A stretch of 64,000 nt of DNA from Thermoplasmatales archaeon (GTDB lineage Archaea; Thermoplasmatota; Thermoplasmata; Thermoplasmatales; Thermoplasmataceae). Under the pieces are notes generated by a model, which worked only from the letters and a program-made list of their open reading frames with translations, did no database searches and was not told the DNA's origin. Shown here piece after piece: positions 1-11,700 of this stretch. The first letter of the stretch is position 1. Every line of letters begins with the position of its first letter. A program made the translations under genes and the position numbers. Location: contig DAIDBH010000017.1 in assembly GCA_027310185.1 (NCBI GenBank), positions 222,407-286,406 on the forward strand, given 5' to 3'.

Positions 1-2252
1 AAATGCTCGTTAATGGCATCGGAGCCCCTTTTGCCTATGATGAACGAAAGAGAAAGGTGATTATAGACAAAATAAAACCCGGGGAAGTTGAACTGGAGAT
101 TTCTTATAGGAGAAAATATGGTGAAGGACTGGCTGGTTTATACAGGGCCGGGAAGGGAGTTCAGTCCATGATAACAACTCAGTTTGAATCCAATGATGCC
201 TCTTCTGCTTTTCCGTGCCTCGATAATCCATCTGTTAAATCGAAATTTGAAATTACCCTCGTAGTAAAGGAGGGGCAGGATGCAATTAGCAATATGCCTC
301 AGATATCCAACAGGAAGATAGCTGATGGTTCAATGGAAATAAAATTTGATTCAACACCCCCCATGTCAACGTATCTTCTATACATCGGTGTTGGAAAATT
401 CATTACAAGATCAAGAAACCACGGAAAATGCGAGCTTATCCTTGCAAGACCCGGGAATGAGATGAGATCTGATGACTTCCCACTCGAAGTCGCTGATAAG
501 TGTATCACTTTCTATGAAGACTATTTTGGAATTCCATATGCTCTTCCAAAGATGCATTTGATAGCCGTTCCTGATTTTGCCGCCGGAGCAATGGAAAACT
601 GGGGTGCCATAACATTCAGGGAAGATGTCCTGTTAAACAATGAGAATACAGATTCCGAAGGAAGAATACTGATTGCAGTTGTAATTGCTCACGAGATAGC
701 ACATCAGTGGTTCGGGAACCTTGTAACAATGAAATGGTGGAATGATCTGTGGCTGAATGAGAGTTTTGCCACATTTATGTCTTCCCTCTGCGTAAATAGG
801 CTTTTCCCTGAATATGAAGAAGAAAAGACATATTACCTGAATGAAACGGTAGGTTCCATGGTAAGCGATGCACTCGTGAGTTCCCATCCAATTAATGTAG
901 AGGTGAAGGAACCGGAGGATATAGAACAGGTGTTTGATGATATAAGCTATGGAAAAGGGGGAAGTATTCTCAGGATGATACATCATTATATGGGTGATGA
1001 AAAATTCAGGGCAGGACTTACCTCCTACCTTGAAAAATTTCAATATGGAAATGCTGAAGGAAATGATCTCTGGACTGAACTTGAAAGAAGTTCTGATTTG
1101 AAGATATCCTCAATTATGAATAACTGGATTAATCAATCAGGATTTCCAATAATAGAAGTGAATTATGACCGAAATACACTGAAACTGGAACAGCAGCAGT
1201 TCCTCCTATCTGGTGCGAAGAGTGAAAAGTTATGGAAGATCCCTGTTTTCATCCAGACAGAAAAAGGTGAAATAAAAATCCTGATGGAAGATAAGAATAT
1301 TGAAGTGGAGATCGAAGGAATTGAAAAGATAAATTTCATGGGAACCGGATACTACCAGACAAACTACGGAGATAAGATGCTGGACAGTTTGAAGGAAAAA
1401 ATGGAGAAGATGGACGCAATGGATAAGGTTGAGATTGTGAGCGATAACTATTTCCAGCTGGTATCCGGTAGAATGACCATTGAAAAATTCTTTGCATCTG
1501 CACGTGAGGCGGCAAAATCTTTCTCAACACCTTCTTCTCTTCTCCTGGTTAATAACCTTGACAGATTAAATGGTATACTGTATGACAGGCATGAATTTTT
1601 AAGGTCCAGCAGTGAAATACTTCAGACAATAATTGAAAATGGATCAACCAAAAAAAGTGATTTGTCCCTGCTTGATCAGATTACCATCCAGAAGGCGAAG
1701 ATTGCATATGCTAAGATAAATCACGAATTTGCAATGAAAGGGTCTGAAAAATTCAACGATTATTTCAACCTGAAACCTGATGAACGGGAGCTGGTAGCCG
1801 TGTCTAAGGCTGTAGTTTCAAGGGACCTGGCTGAAATGGTAGGCAAACTGGAGGAGGCAGAAGACGATTCCGATAGAGAAACTCTCATAATGGCAATGGG
1901 CTGGATAAGTGGGAAGAAGAATCACAAAAAAATAATCAGGCTGCTTATACAGGGAAAGATCAAGAAACAGGATGCCCCATCTGCTGTAATAACAATGATG
2001 AGGAACCCGGAATCAAGAAAGTATGTCTCTGGCATACTTCTTCCACTTCTTAAGAATATGAGTAAGGCCTTTGGAAATACTGGATTGCTATCAACGGCAG
2101 CATTCATTTCAATACCCTTACTTGGCCTTCAGAATGAGAAAAAGGTCAGGAAGGTGATGTCCAAACTAAATTATAATGAGATAAGAATGGGATATGAAAA
2201 AGGATTTGAAATGCTGGAAGTTTACAAGAAATTAAGGAGTACTGTCAACTAG
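1..2252 (+). CDS. M1 family zinc aminopeptidase (tricorn protease interacting factor F2/F3-like); probably 5'-truncated by window edge
   Basis: GAMENWG exopeptidase motif and HEIAHQW...NE (HExxH-x18-E) zinc motif; SYGKGGSILRM; frame open from window start. Confidence 0.9.
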   Translation, partial: MLVNGIGAPFAYDERKRKVIIDKIKPGEVELEISYRRKYGEGLAGLYRAGKGVQSMITTQFESNDASSAFPCLDNPSVKSKFEITLVVKEGQDAISNMPQISNRKIADGSMEIKFDSTPPMSTYLLYIGVGKFITRSRNHGKCELILARPGNEMRSDDFPLEVADKCITFYEDYFGIPYALPKMHLIAVPDFAAGAMENWGAITFREDVLLNNENTDSEGRILIAVVIAHEIAHQWFGNLVTMKWWNDLWLNESFATFMSSLCVNRLFPEYEEEKTYYLNETVGSMVSDALVSSHPINVEVKEPEDIEQVFDDISYGKGGSILRMIHHYMGDEKFRAGLTSYLEKFQYGNAEGNDLWTELERSSDLKISSIMNNWINQSGFPIIEVNYDRNTLKLEQQQFLLSGAKSEKLWKIPVFIQTEKGEIKILMEDKNIEVEIEGIEKINFMGTGYYQTNYGDKMLDSLKEKMEKMDAMDKVEIVSDNYFQLVSGRMTIEKFFASAREAAKSFSTPSSLLLVNNLDRLNGILYDRHEFLRSSSEILQTIIENGSTKKSDLSLLDQITIQKAKIAYAKINHEFAMKGSEKFNDYFNLKPDERELVAVSKAVVSRDLAEMVGKLEEAEDDSDRETLIMAMGWISGKKNHKKIIRLLIQGKIKKQDAPSAVITMMRNPESRKYVSGILLPLLKNMSKAFGNTGLLSTAAFISIPLLGLQNEKKVRKVMSKLNYNEIRMGYEKGFEMLEVYKKLRSTVN

Positions 2253-2884
2253 GCTTTCCTTAACACAGAAATGAACTCGTCCATATTTCTGCATATAAAG
2301 TCAGGATTGTGCTCCCTCAGAATTTCTTCTATTCCACTTCCCCACGTTGCCCCTACACTTCTTATTCCTGCAGCTCTTGCAGCGATGATATCATAGGGCT
2401 GATCACCCACATATATGGTGTTTTCCCTGCTAGCACCTATTTTTTCTATGCATCTGTTTATTGGATCAGGCTCGGGTTTATGGTATACCGTGTCTTCCTG
2501 GCCTACAACTGCATTAAAATAATCTATCAGGCCAGTCATTGTTAACAATAGATATGCTGTATCACGGTGACTTGACGTTACCACTGCCATCGTGATTCTT
2601 CTTTCCCTGAGATAATTGAGCAGCTCTATGACGCCTTCAAATGGAGATATACTCTTTAAATGCTTCTCAAAAAATTCCCGTCCCTTGATATAGGCTATTT
2701 CTCCTCTCTGATCATAGAACTCTTTCATCAGTAACTGCACCGGCCTTCCAATGAGCTTAGAATGCTCCTCATCAGTTAATTTTCTCCCGAAGACTTCCTG
2801 AAACCCATAATCTGTTGCTATTCTTGAAAGGGTTTCACTATCCAGAAGTGTCCCATCCATGTCAAATATTACTGTTGTTATCAT
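2249..2884 (-). CDS. HAD-superfamily hydrolase (phosphoglycolate phosphatase/PpaX-like)
   Basis: FDMDGTLLDS motif I, VVTS motif II, KPEPDP, YVGDQPYDI motif IV. Confidence 0.9.
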   Translation of the reverse strand: MITTVIFDMDGTLLDSETLSRIATDYGFQEVFGRKLTDEEHSKLIGRPVQLLMKEFYDQRGEIAYIKGREFFEKHLKSISPFEGVIELLNYLRERRITMAVVTSSHRDTAYLLLTMTGLIDYFNAVVGQEDTVYHKPEPDPINRCIEKIGASRENTIYVGDQPYDIIAARAAGIRSVGATWGSGIEEILREHNPDFICRNMDEFISVLRKA

Positions 2885-2939
2885 AGGGCACCACTATTTC
2901 TCATGCCATTACAGGCTTCTGTTTTCATTGCTTTCATGC

Positions 2940-4082
2940 CTAATTCAGTTTAACCCAGAGTTCCCTGAATCCATACACTATTGTGCTTTCCTGAGGGATC
3001 ATCTTCCTGTCCCTGAGTATTTCATATGATTCAAAGTTTTCAGTCATGCACTCCATGGCTATCTTAGCCTCAAGCCTTGCCAGAGGGGCACCAAGGCAGT
3101 AATGGATACCTTCTCCAAAGGCTATGTGCCTGTTATCCTTCCTTTCCATCATGAATTTATCGGCATCTTCAAAAACACTTTCGTCCCTGTTTGCAGAACC
3201 GATCCATGGGACCATTATGCTCCCCTTCCTGACCGGAACTCCACTGAGTTCCGTATCAACCCTTGCCACCCTGTAAATGGATTGCACGGGACTCCTGTAT
3301 CTCAGCACTTCTTCCAGAGCCTGTGGAATGAGTTTAGAATCTCCACGTATGGCATCATAAGTACCGTGATATTCATTGAATGTAAGGAGAGCGTTTGAGA
3401 TCAGGTTGGTTGTGGTTTCATTTCCAGCTACAAGTAGAAGTATAAAAAACCCTAGACTTTCCATCATTGTCAGTTTTTCCCCATCCACTTCTGCATTCAA
3501 TACAGAATAAACAAGACTTTGGTCAGGGTTATTCTCCTTTTCTATCATAAGATTCTGGAAATATCTTGTCATATCCTCTATGGTCTTTGGAAAATCAGTA
3601 AATGATCTTTCTGAACCGCCAATTATTATATCTGACCATTTCTTGAACTTATCCATATCTTTCAGGGGTATTCCGAGCATGGTCGCAATAACAGTGATGG
3701 GGAGAGGAGAAGTAAATCCCTTGATAATATCCACTTCATGCCCCTTCTTTGAATTCAGGAGGTTATCTGCTATTTCCCTGATCTGTGGGGCCATTTTTTC
3801 AATTGTCCTGGGTGTAAATGCCTTTGAGACAATATTCCTGAGTTTCGTGTGTTTTGGAGGATCAAGGTTTATGATGCTTTCAGATATGGGTCCTCCTGCA
3901 GGATTAAAAGCCTTACCGAACTGTGACGAAAAATTATTGAAATTTCCAAGTGTTTCTTTGACATCCTTATACCTGAAAACGTTTACAAGCTTATATTCCG
4001 GATCATAATATACAGGGTTTTCTGACCTCATTCTTGCGTACCAGGGAAAGGGATCCATAAGATCCCTTCTCATCTCATCCAT
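2940..4082 (-). CDS. Cytochrome P450 (soluble, CYP119/CYP109-like)
   Basis: AGNETT I-helix, EEVLRY ExxR, FGEGIHYCLG heme-thiolate motif, LDPPKHTKLR. Confidence 0.95.
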   Translation of the reverse strand: MDEMRRDLMDPFPWYARMRSENPVYYDPEYKLVNVFRYKDVKETLGNFNNFSSQFGKAFNPAGGPISESIINLDPPKHTKLRNIVSKAFTPRTIEKMAPQIREIADNLLNSKKGHEVDIIKGFTSPLPITVIATMLGIPLKDMDKFKKWSDIIIGGSERSFTDFPKTIEDMTRYFQNLMIEKENNPDQSLVYSVLNAEVDGEKLTMMESLGFFILLLVAGNETTTNLISNALLTFNEYHGTYDAIRGDSKLIPQALEEVLRYRSPVQSIYRVARVDTELSGVPVRKGSIMVPWIGSANRDESVFEDADKFMMERKDNRHIAFGEGIHYCLGAPLARLEAKIAMECMTENFESYEILRDRKMIPQESTIVYGFRELWVKLN

Positions 4083-4324
4083 ATCCTCATAATGCCAGAT
4101 CTGAATTTATAATTATCTTCATTAATGTTTTGCTGGTCAGGCGGTAACTATCATCTTCGTTTGACTCTGAATGTTATAACTAACAGAGGTACACTGATTT
4201 TAAAATAAGACAGGAATATTTATTACATTCTTAAAAGAAATTATGCCTGTACTGACCTGCCTGACTCGTGTCCTTCGGTAAAATTTTTGACTGTATAGGG
4301 CTTTATATAGTAATTTTTCATGTT

Positions 4325-5875
4325 ATGATGTTGTCATTCCCTAAGTTAATTATTATTGCTCTTAGAAGAAACTTGAGACCCAGAATTTTACTTGTTATTC
4401 TCTTTGCCTCAATATTACTTGTCCCGGCATTTGCGTTTGATAATACCGAAATTTCCAGGAATATATCGAACAACTACTTTCTCGGGAATATCCAACCTAA
4501 GAATGATACCATTATTGAAAATAATACAGTCTGCTTCATTTTGATAGGCAATTCTCTTGACGCATTAAACAGAACTGGGGTGAATCTAAGCATATCAGCA
4601 GAATTTATTGTTTTGGGTGAACCAGTTTCCGATCATTTAGGTAGCAGTGTTTCAATATTTTACAATACAATATCTAATAATGGAGGAGGGATCTTCATTA
4701 ACTCATCCCATATTGACTACCTTATATATTCAAAGCTGAAACAATATGGAAATGTATCTTTGAATCAAATTTTTATTCAAAATTACCAGATAAATTCCTT
4801 CCGGATTCCAAATGGTACAAATGTTCAAAATGATGTATTTTTCAGTTTCCATAAGACGGATTATTCTGGGAATTCCCATATTTCAACCATGTATTTTTAC
4901 ACCCTTCCGACTTCAAAACTTGGATATTATGGGCTTTCAGAGATTTTTTATACCTTGCCTTCGCAGAGGGGGAAATTCAACATTACTGTTACAGATCCGG
5001 ATAATTCTGGGTTGACAGTGCCTATTGTTCATGATGGCACTCCTGGTATCGTTTACTCTATTGAAAACTTTCAACTTCTTGATTCTCTCAATGAAAAAGG
5101 GTTCGGTAATTTCCGATTTGGAGATTCCCAAGTCAGAATAATAGTTGATTCATCTGTTCTCTCCTACAAAAACAAAGCCAGCCCATATGCTAATATTGGA
5201 CCTGCTCTCCTGATAAGTTTTTCTTCACTGTGCATAATTTTATCATTCACTTATTTCCAGAAAAGAGAAGTTCTCTACAGGTTTCTATCCCTGCCAGTTA
5301 AGAGATCTCAATTCATCATAGCCACTTTTATTTCCTCTGTAGCCTTTATGCTTCTTGCCTCAGCAATTTCATTCCTTCTCTCGGATCTCTTCTGGAAACT
5401 CTCCTTTGGCATATTCCTGAATCCACTCGATCTAATTTATGTTGGAACAACAGAAATTTTTGCCGCCTTTGCCATTACATCTATCTATGTCTTCCTGGGA
5501 AGTTTTCATGTTTCAGGGAAAACTGGCATGCTGAATGCTTTCTTTGTGGCTCTATTTCCCCTATTCAGCATTCTTACATCGGCATATTTTTTCATCATCA
5601 GTTCCGGTATGTTACAGAGTGGTGAAACCTACCTTCTAGCTCCACATAACTCCTATGCAACATATTACAATTTCATAAGAGACATAATACCATTGGAGAG
5701 CGACATTCAGCTCAATAAATATCTATCTTCCTCTCCTTTACTTGGAATAAAGATGGAATATCATACCAATCTCCTTGGCCTGGACCCATTAACCATCATA
5801 TTGTCAGCAATTTTGATTCCTCTTCTATTCATGTCTATAGGAATGATAAGATATTCAGGACGGACTCCTGAATGA
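4325..5875 (+). CDS. Membrane protein: large N-terminal extracellular domain plus C-terminal ABC-2-type permease-like region
   Basis: N-terminal hydrophobic segment, Asn-rich soluble region, then ~5-6 TM helices with FLSLPVKRSQFI (ABC-2 permease-like); start moved to ATG 4325. Confidence 0.55.
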   Translation: MMLSFPKLIIIALRRNLRPRILLVILFASILLVPAFAFDNTEISRNISNNYFLGNIQPKNDTIIENNTVCFILIGNSLDALNRTGVNLSISAEFIVLGEPVSDHLGSSVSIFYNTISNNGGGIFINSSHIDYLIYSKLKQYGNVSLNQIFIQNYQINSFRIPNGTNVQNDVFFSFHKTDYSGNSHISTMYFYTLPTSKLGYYGLSEIFYTLPSQRGKFNITVTDPDNSGLTVPIVHDGTPGIVYSIENFQLLDSLNEKGFGNFRFGDSQVRIIVDSSVLSYKNKASPYANIGPALLISFSSLCIILSFTYFQKREVLYRFLSLPVKRSQFIIATFISSVAFMLLASAISFLLSDLFWKLSFGIFLNPLDLIYVGTTEIFAAFAITSIYVFLGSFHVSGKTGMLNAFFVALFPLFSILTSAYFFIISSGMLQSGETYLLAPHNSYATYYNFIRDIIPLESDIQLNKYLSSSPLLGIKMEYHTNLLGLDPLTIILSAILIPLLFMSIGMIRYSGRTPE

Positions 5876-6035
5876 AAAGTTAACTGAAATAAATAAGATA
5901 ACAACAATTGGTCAGTATTAATTGATAAAAACTGGTGATTCTTCTCCATAAACTACTTATGTTTAATATTCAGTGAGAAAACAAGATTCTACTATTGATT
6001 TTGGAAAAATATATTAGTTTAGATTACTTTGATCA

Positions 6036-8612
6036 GTGGTGTGGAGAATTCACCATAGACTGCTTATAATCCTGATCTTCATGGTTATAGCATTTATGAT
6101 GACTCCTGCATTGCTTCCTCATGAATCTTATAGTTATAAAACAACATTTGAAGCCCCAGAATCATCTTCACGGGTAAACACGGTAAAAAATTTATCTGAA
6201 AATGAGCCGGTTAACTTATCCACCAACTACAATTCAGAAACTTATGTTTTTACAAACCACAGTTTGATTAAGGGATTTTACTGTAATCATGGAAACGTGA
6301 GGCAACCATATGATTCCATATATGATCCAGTAAATCACCTCATTTATGTAATAAAGCTGTTTTCAAGTAGTGTTTGTATCGTGAATACATCCACAAAGAG
6401 CATTGTCGACCAGATACCCGTTAATACCCTGGCGTCCTGCATGGTATACTCAGAAACCAATAATAGAATATTTATTTCCAGCATCTGTAATGACTACGTG
6501 GTAGTTTTAAACCCTACAACTGAAAGGACTGTAAAGGATATACCAGTGGGCATAAATTCCTACTCACTTGTGTTGAATCCAACGGATCAAAGGCTCTATG
6601 TTTTTAATGACGTCAGTAAAAATATCTCAGTTATTAATGCAACAGACTGCGAAGGCGTTGGTTCAATCCACACAAAATATGGCCCAACAGATGGTTATGT
6701 TAGTGAAAATGATGAATATTTATTCGTAATTACTAACGAAAGTGAGAGCCTCTGCGTGATAAATATCAGCACTCAGAAAACTGTTAAAACCATTAATACA
6801 GGGGCAATCATAAGTGGAATTACCTGCGATCCACTGACAGGAAAACTCTATATTTCGTCAGCCGCGGGACCTGACATACTCTGTATTGATAGAAACACAT
6901 TGATTCCGGGTAATGAAATTCAGACGACACTTGATGGAAAGCTATTCTATTGCAGCCTGAATAACAGGATATACCTGTCAGATTCCATATCAAGCACTTT
7001 TTCTTATCTTAACCTTACAACAATGTCCATGGGAAATATGTATAATGTTTCATCTTTTCCGGTTTCATTTACTCTCATTCCTTCTTACAACCTCATTTTC
7101 ATTAACGAATTCGTTTCATGCAGTCTTTCGTTTCTCAACTTTTCAACTTTCTCAATAATAAAAACCATCAATACAACATATTCGCCATATTCAGCAATTT
7201 ACTGCACATTAAATGGATACGTATACATAACTCAGGAATACAGGAATGATATACTGATTCTAAATAGCAGTAATTTCAACATAGTTTCAATAGTACCAGT
7301 TCAGATATCTCCTAAACTGATGAGGATTAATCCTTTTAACAGAGAGATATATGTTATAAATTCTTTATCTGACAGTGTTACTGTTTTATCTCCATTAACC
7401 AACAAAGTCCTGTATAATGTCAACGTTGGTGAAGATCCTTCAGATATAGTGTTCAACCCGGAAAATGGAACAGCCTTTATTTCCAATTACCTGTCAGGGA
7501 ATATCTCTGTGGTTAGAATGAATTCAAGGATTGTAAATTATGGTTATAAAACTGGAAAAGGAGTCACCTCTTTATCATATGATCCAGAAAGTGGAGAGTT
7601 GTTCATAGCCAATGAGCTTGAAAATAAGGTTTACATAATTCCCACTCGAAAGACTAATGCCAGCATAACGGATCTGAATATTAATAATCCATATTACCTG
7701 CTTTACTGCATTGCAAATAATCAGGTATATATTTCAAACAGATCTTTTTCACTCACTATATTCAATCCATCCACAGGAAAATTATCTCACATAAATACAC
7801 CGCATACACTGGGTGGAATGCTGTTTAACAATCCCCTGAACAGGGAAGTTTTCTACATGACATATGATGGAAAAATACTGATTTTCCAGAGTAATATTGA
7901 AACTCCGTCTTATTACATAGTATCGACCTCAAATCAGAAGTGCTTGGCATTTTCAAGGGACAACGGAGATATTTTGCTAACTGACCCATCACAGGGAACC
8001 ATATCCATACTTGTGCTCAAACCAGAATACCCAGTAAGCATAAGAGAAACCGGTCTGGAGACTGGTACCACATGGTTCTTAAACCTAACAACCTCAATCC
8101 ATTCTGGTCCCATCTCTTCGAATACATACACATCAATGGTTCCACAGGGCTCTTATCAATATACGGCACAATCTTCAAACAAAATTTTCAACTCCTCCAT
8201 AAGTGGAAACATAAATGTGAGTGAAAACGGGACTAACCTGAGTATAGCCTTTAGGCGAGTTCTCTACACTGTATTGTTTGAAAGGGATGTATATTCAAAC
8301 ACAACACCGTGGAAAATCTGCACTGACGGTATTTCTATGGGAGCGGACGGAAAGTTTATAGAAATGCAACTTTCAAATGGTAGTTATTTGGCCACAGTGC
8401 AGGTAGACTATTCCTCAGGAACAGTTACATTTCCCATAGAGTTTTTCGTAAACGGCACTCATCACTTTGTATACATAGCTATCCCACCTGTAATCGAACA
8501 TTATCCACCTGTTTCAACAATTGCCCTTGGTTCGGCTATCTTTATTTCTCCACTTGTTTTACTGTCGATTGCTTACCTGTTCCTCGACAGGAGATCGAGA
8601 AGGAGGATCTAG
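6036..8612 (+). CDS. YVTN/YncE beta-propeller surface protein with C-terminal membrane anchor
   Basis: Signal-like N-terminus; ~40-aa repeats (YDPVNHLIYV, LNPTDQRLYVFN, INPFNREIYVINSLSDSVTV, VGEDPSDIVFNP); ETGLETGTTW repeat; C-terminal TM followed by RRSRRRI. Confidence 0.85.
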   Translation: MVWRIHHRLLIILIFMVIAFMMTPALLPHESYSYKTTFEAPESSSRVNTVKNLSENEPVNLSTNYNSETYVFTNHSLIKGFYCNHGNVRQPYDSIYDPVNHLIYVIKLFSSSVCIVNTSTKSIVDQIPVNTLASCMVYSETNNRIFISSICNDYVVVLNPTTERTVKDIPVGINSYSLVLNPTDQRLYVFNDVSKNISVINATDCEGVGSIHTKYGPTDGYVSENDEYLFVITNESESLCVINISTQKTVKTINTGAIISGITCDPLTGKLYISSAAGPDILCIDRNTLIPGNEIQTTLDGKLFYCSLNNRIYLSDSISSTFSYLNLTTMSMGNMYNVSSFPVSFTLIPSYNLIFINEFVSCSLSFLNFSTFSIIKTINTTYSPYSAIYCTLNGYVYITQEYRNDILILNSSNFNIVSIVPVQISPKLMRINPFNREIYVINSLSDSVTVLSPLTNKVLYNVNVGEDPSDIVFNPENGTAFISNYLSGNISVVRMNSRIVNYGYKTGKGVTSLSYDPESGELFIANELENKVYIIPTRKTNASITDLNINNPYYLLYCIANNQVYISNRSFSLTIFNPSTGKLSHINTPHTLGGMLFNNPLNREVFYMTYDGKILIFQSNIETPSYYIVSTSNQKCLAFSRDNGDILLTDPSQGTISILVLKPEYPVSIRETGLETGTTWFLNLTTSIHSGPISSNTYTSMVPQGSYQYTAQSSNKIFNSSISGNINVSENGTNLSIAFRRVLYTVLFERDVYSNTTPWKICTDGISMGADGKFIEMQLSNGSYLATVQVDYSSGTVTFPIEFFVNGTHHFVYIAIPPVIEHYPPVSTIALGSAIFISPLVLLSIAYLFLDRRSRRRI

Positions 8613-8704
8613 GTTTATTTTTGGCAATGAGTGGTGTCCTAACAGGACCACGGCTCAATGATTGGAAAAGCTTATTATCATACTTTTCACTATTAAACTA
8701 AAGC

Positions 8705-11700
8705 ATGTCATTTCCCACTCACAGAAAAAAATTCGTCATTTCATTAGTGATAGTATTCCTGATGGTATTTTCTACTTTCGCAGTCACATCCATTAATCAG
8801 GGAATTAATAAAAATTCGGTTTCTGAAACGGGTTTTAAGGGAAATACATACGAACGAGAAATTCTATGCAAGGAACTGGGTTCAAGAACGAACGTCCCAT
8901 ACAAAATTGATAGGACTGGAAATATTTCGAATACATCTTATGAAGGCAAGATGAATGTAATGATTACTTTCAGGCTCCAGAATGAGAGCAGACTGGAATC
9001 ATATTTAACTGAACTTTCAGATTCCTCAAGTAAGCTTTATCACAGGTATATGACAAGGAGGGAGTTCGCCGAAAACTTCTCGGTATCAGGCAGAATATAC
9101 ACTATGGCAATTGATTATTTTTCAACATTCAGTAATGTGAAGGTTAGAACATATTCTGATAGAATATCTATGATGTTATGTGCCCCCTCGAATATGATTG
9201 ACAGCATATTTCAAACTCAAATAGTGGAAAATAGGAGCAATGGTGAGATTAATTATTTTGCCGTGGAAATGCCTTCCCTCCCACGTTTAATAGAGGCCCA
9301 GGTTTCTCAGATATCTGGCCTGAGCAATAAACCGGTAGCCCAGACTGCCTCCCTGAGCCATCGGTTGATCGGGACAGATTATTCCAGTGCTAAAAACTAT
9401 GTGAATGGCTACCCTGCGCCTATTGTAACTTCCGGAGTGCAATACCTGTATGGTTCTGATCTTCAGGTCGCGTACTGTACCGCACCTCTCTACAACGTCA
9501 CATATCCAACAAATACGGTAGTTGCCACAATATTATGGGCAGGAAACACCAGTACAGGCCAGAGAGTTGGTCCTTTCAATCCCTCCAATATTTACGATTA
9601 CTACAATTCTACTATTCCTGCAGGTGAGCTACATTCAGTATTACATGGCGTACCCATAGGAGGAGCAGCTTATCCAGGAAAGTCTGCAAATGATGATACT
9701 TCAGGTGTAACACTCGAAAATACACTTGATCTTGAGATGATCGGTAGCCTTGCACCGGGGTCTAACATCTACAACGTTTATGGTCCCACTCCGACAGAAG
9801 CCTGCCTTAACGCTGCCTTTGCGTACATACTGAATCCAAATGCTACCGAGAAGGGACTGAACAATGTTTCAGTGATTTCAAATTCATGGGGCACAGCAGA
9901 GTTCAATGATACTGCATGGTTTGAATATCTGCAGGAAGCACAGGCAAGGGGAATCTCAGTCCTTGCAAGCAGTGGTGATTCAGGAGATAATTCAGCCAGC
10001 TCAGAATATAGCGCCAATTCAAATTATACAAACGATTTCCTTAACTTCCCTGCTTCAATGGCTTATGACAGCTTCGGAATCACGTCGGTAGGAGGCACCA
10101 CACTGGAATTAAGTGGAAACCTGCACATAAAGAGCCAGTCAGCATGGTATGAATATGAAAAACTGCTCACGATTCCAGTAGATCCAATCGGGAGTGTTGG
10201 TGGAATAAGTCAGGTGTTCAGTGAAACAGCATGGCAGAGAGATACTGAAGCAAACGATGTTATAAAAGGTGAAGGACTCGGTGTTCCAGATATTGCATCA
10301 ATGGCAAATAACACTCTTATGTGCGTTACTGTGAATGGGGCTCAATCCATATGCTCTGTAGCGGGAACAAGTGTTGCATCACCGACTGAAGCTGGAATAA
10401 TAGCAGATATTAATGCGGTTCTCAATCACTACGGGCAGCAAAACCTGGGATATCTCAATCCTTCAATATATAAGGTAGCAAATCAGGAATTTTTTGGAAA
10501 TTCCAGTGTAAAGAACTTATCGTACACAACCAGTAGTGTTGATCAGGTTTATCTACCACTGGAACCTTTTTATAACGTCAATCACGGAGGTAACGCACTT
10601 TACAGGGCAGTATACGGATATAATCTGGTAACTGGCTGGGGCTCCATCAATGCGTATAATTTCACAGAATTCCTGCTTGATCAGGATTTCAAGAATAATC
10701 CAGTGGCTCTTTCAGGTGTGGAAAATGTGGTAAATATTTCCTCCCTTAATTTTACAGATCAAAGAAGCGGCAAACCGGTACCTGGGGGCAGAACCGTTGA
10801 TATTGAACAGCAATATACAGTTTCTGACCAGCTTGGCGATCCCATATACCATATACACGGGATATTGAATCTCACGTTGAATTCTAATTCCCAGTGGAGC
10901 GGTTATATTCTTGTGGGAGCAGAGTATTCTTCATATCAATCTGGGAGTTTATTCAGGAATTATGAAATCTCAGGTAAGCTTAAGCTCAGCCTCACTTCAT
11001 TCCCGTCTTATCTTGAATTGAAGTCTTTGTTGAACTCGTCTAATGGCATGATCGGTACCTTCCTCACATTTGGAGTGAATGGTACATTTATAAAAATACC
11101 CCTCCCTGGCGGTGCGTACATAATAGGATCAGAGAATTACAGTTACATTGATCCATACTCGTCACTTACGGTACCGGAACCACCTATAACCGTACAGAAT
11201 GGAGTACTTGATCCAGAATTCGGTTTTGTTTCGCCTTCAGCTGGAGAGAGTTCAGTGTTTTCCATGAAATCAGATGCAAACACATCCTTCCTCCTGCTTC
11301 CATTCGGCCGTAGCGTATTTGTGAAGAGCAGCACTCATCTGCTAGGAATAAACAGTTACCTGAGTGATGGTGATGGTACAGTAACGAACCTGGAATGGAT
11401 GAGAACAGGATATGATCAATGGTTCATAACAAACATGAATGGTTCTGATAATTATGGAATTAGTGCTTACCTTGAATCATACAGAGTAACTCTCCTGGAG
11501 AGCGGACTTCCCAGCGATCAGAAATGGTCGGCGGAAATTGGAAACAGATCATTTTATACTGAAAGGAATTCTCTGACTGTTTCACTCATAAATGGTACCT
11601 ATAAGGCATCTCCCTCAACAGCTGGTGATCAAAGAGGATATCCTGGCAATTATTCTTTCACAGTGTATGGGAAATCCCTTTATTCTCTTCCTGTAGAATT

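Noticed and set aside
8625-8660. Small hairpin (GTCCT-AAC-AGGAC core) between the YVTN and S53 genes
   Set aside because: Too short and imperfect to call an ncRNA or terminator
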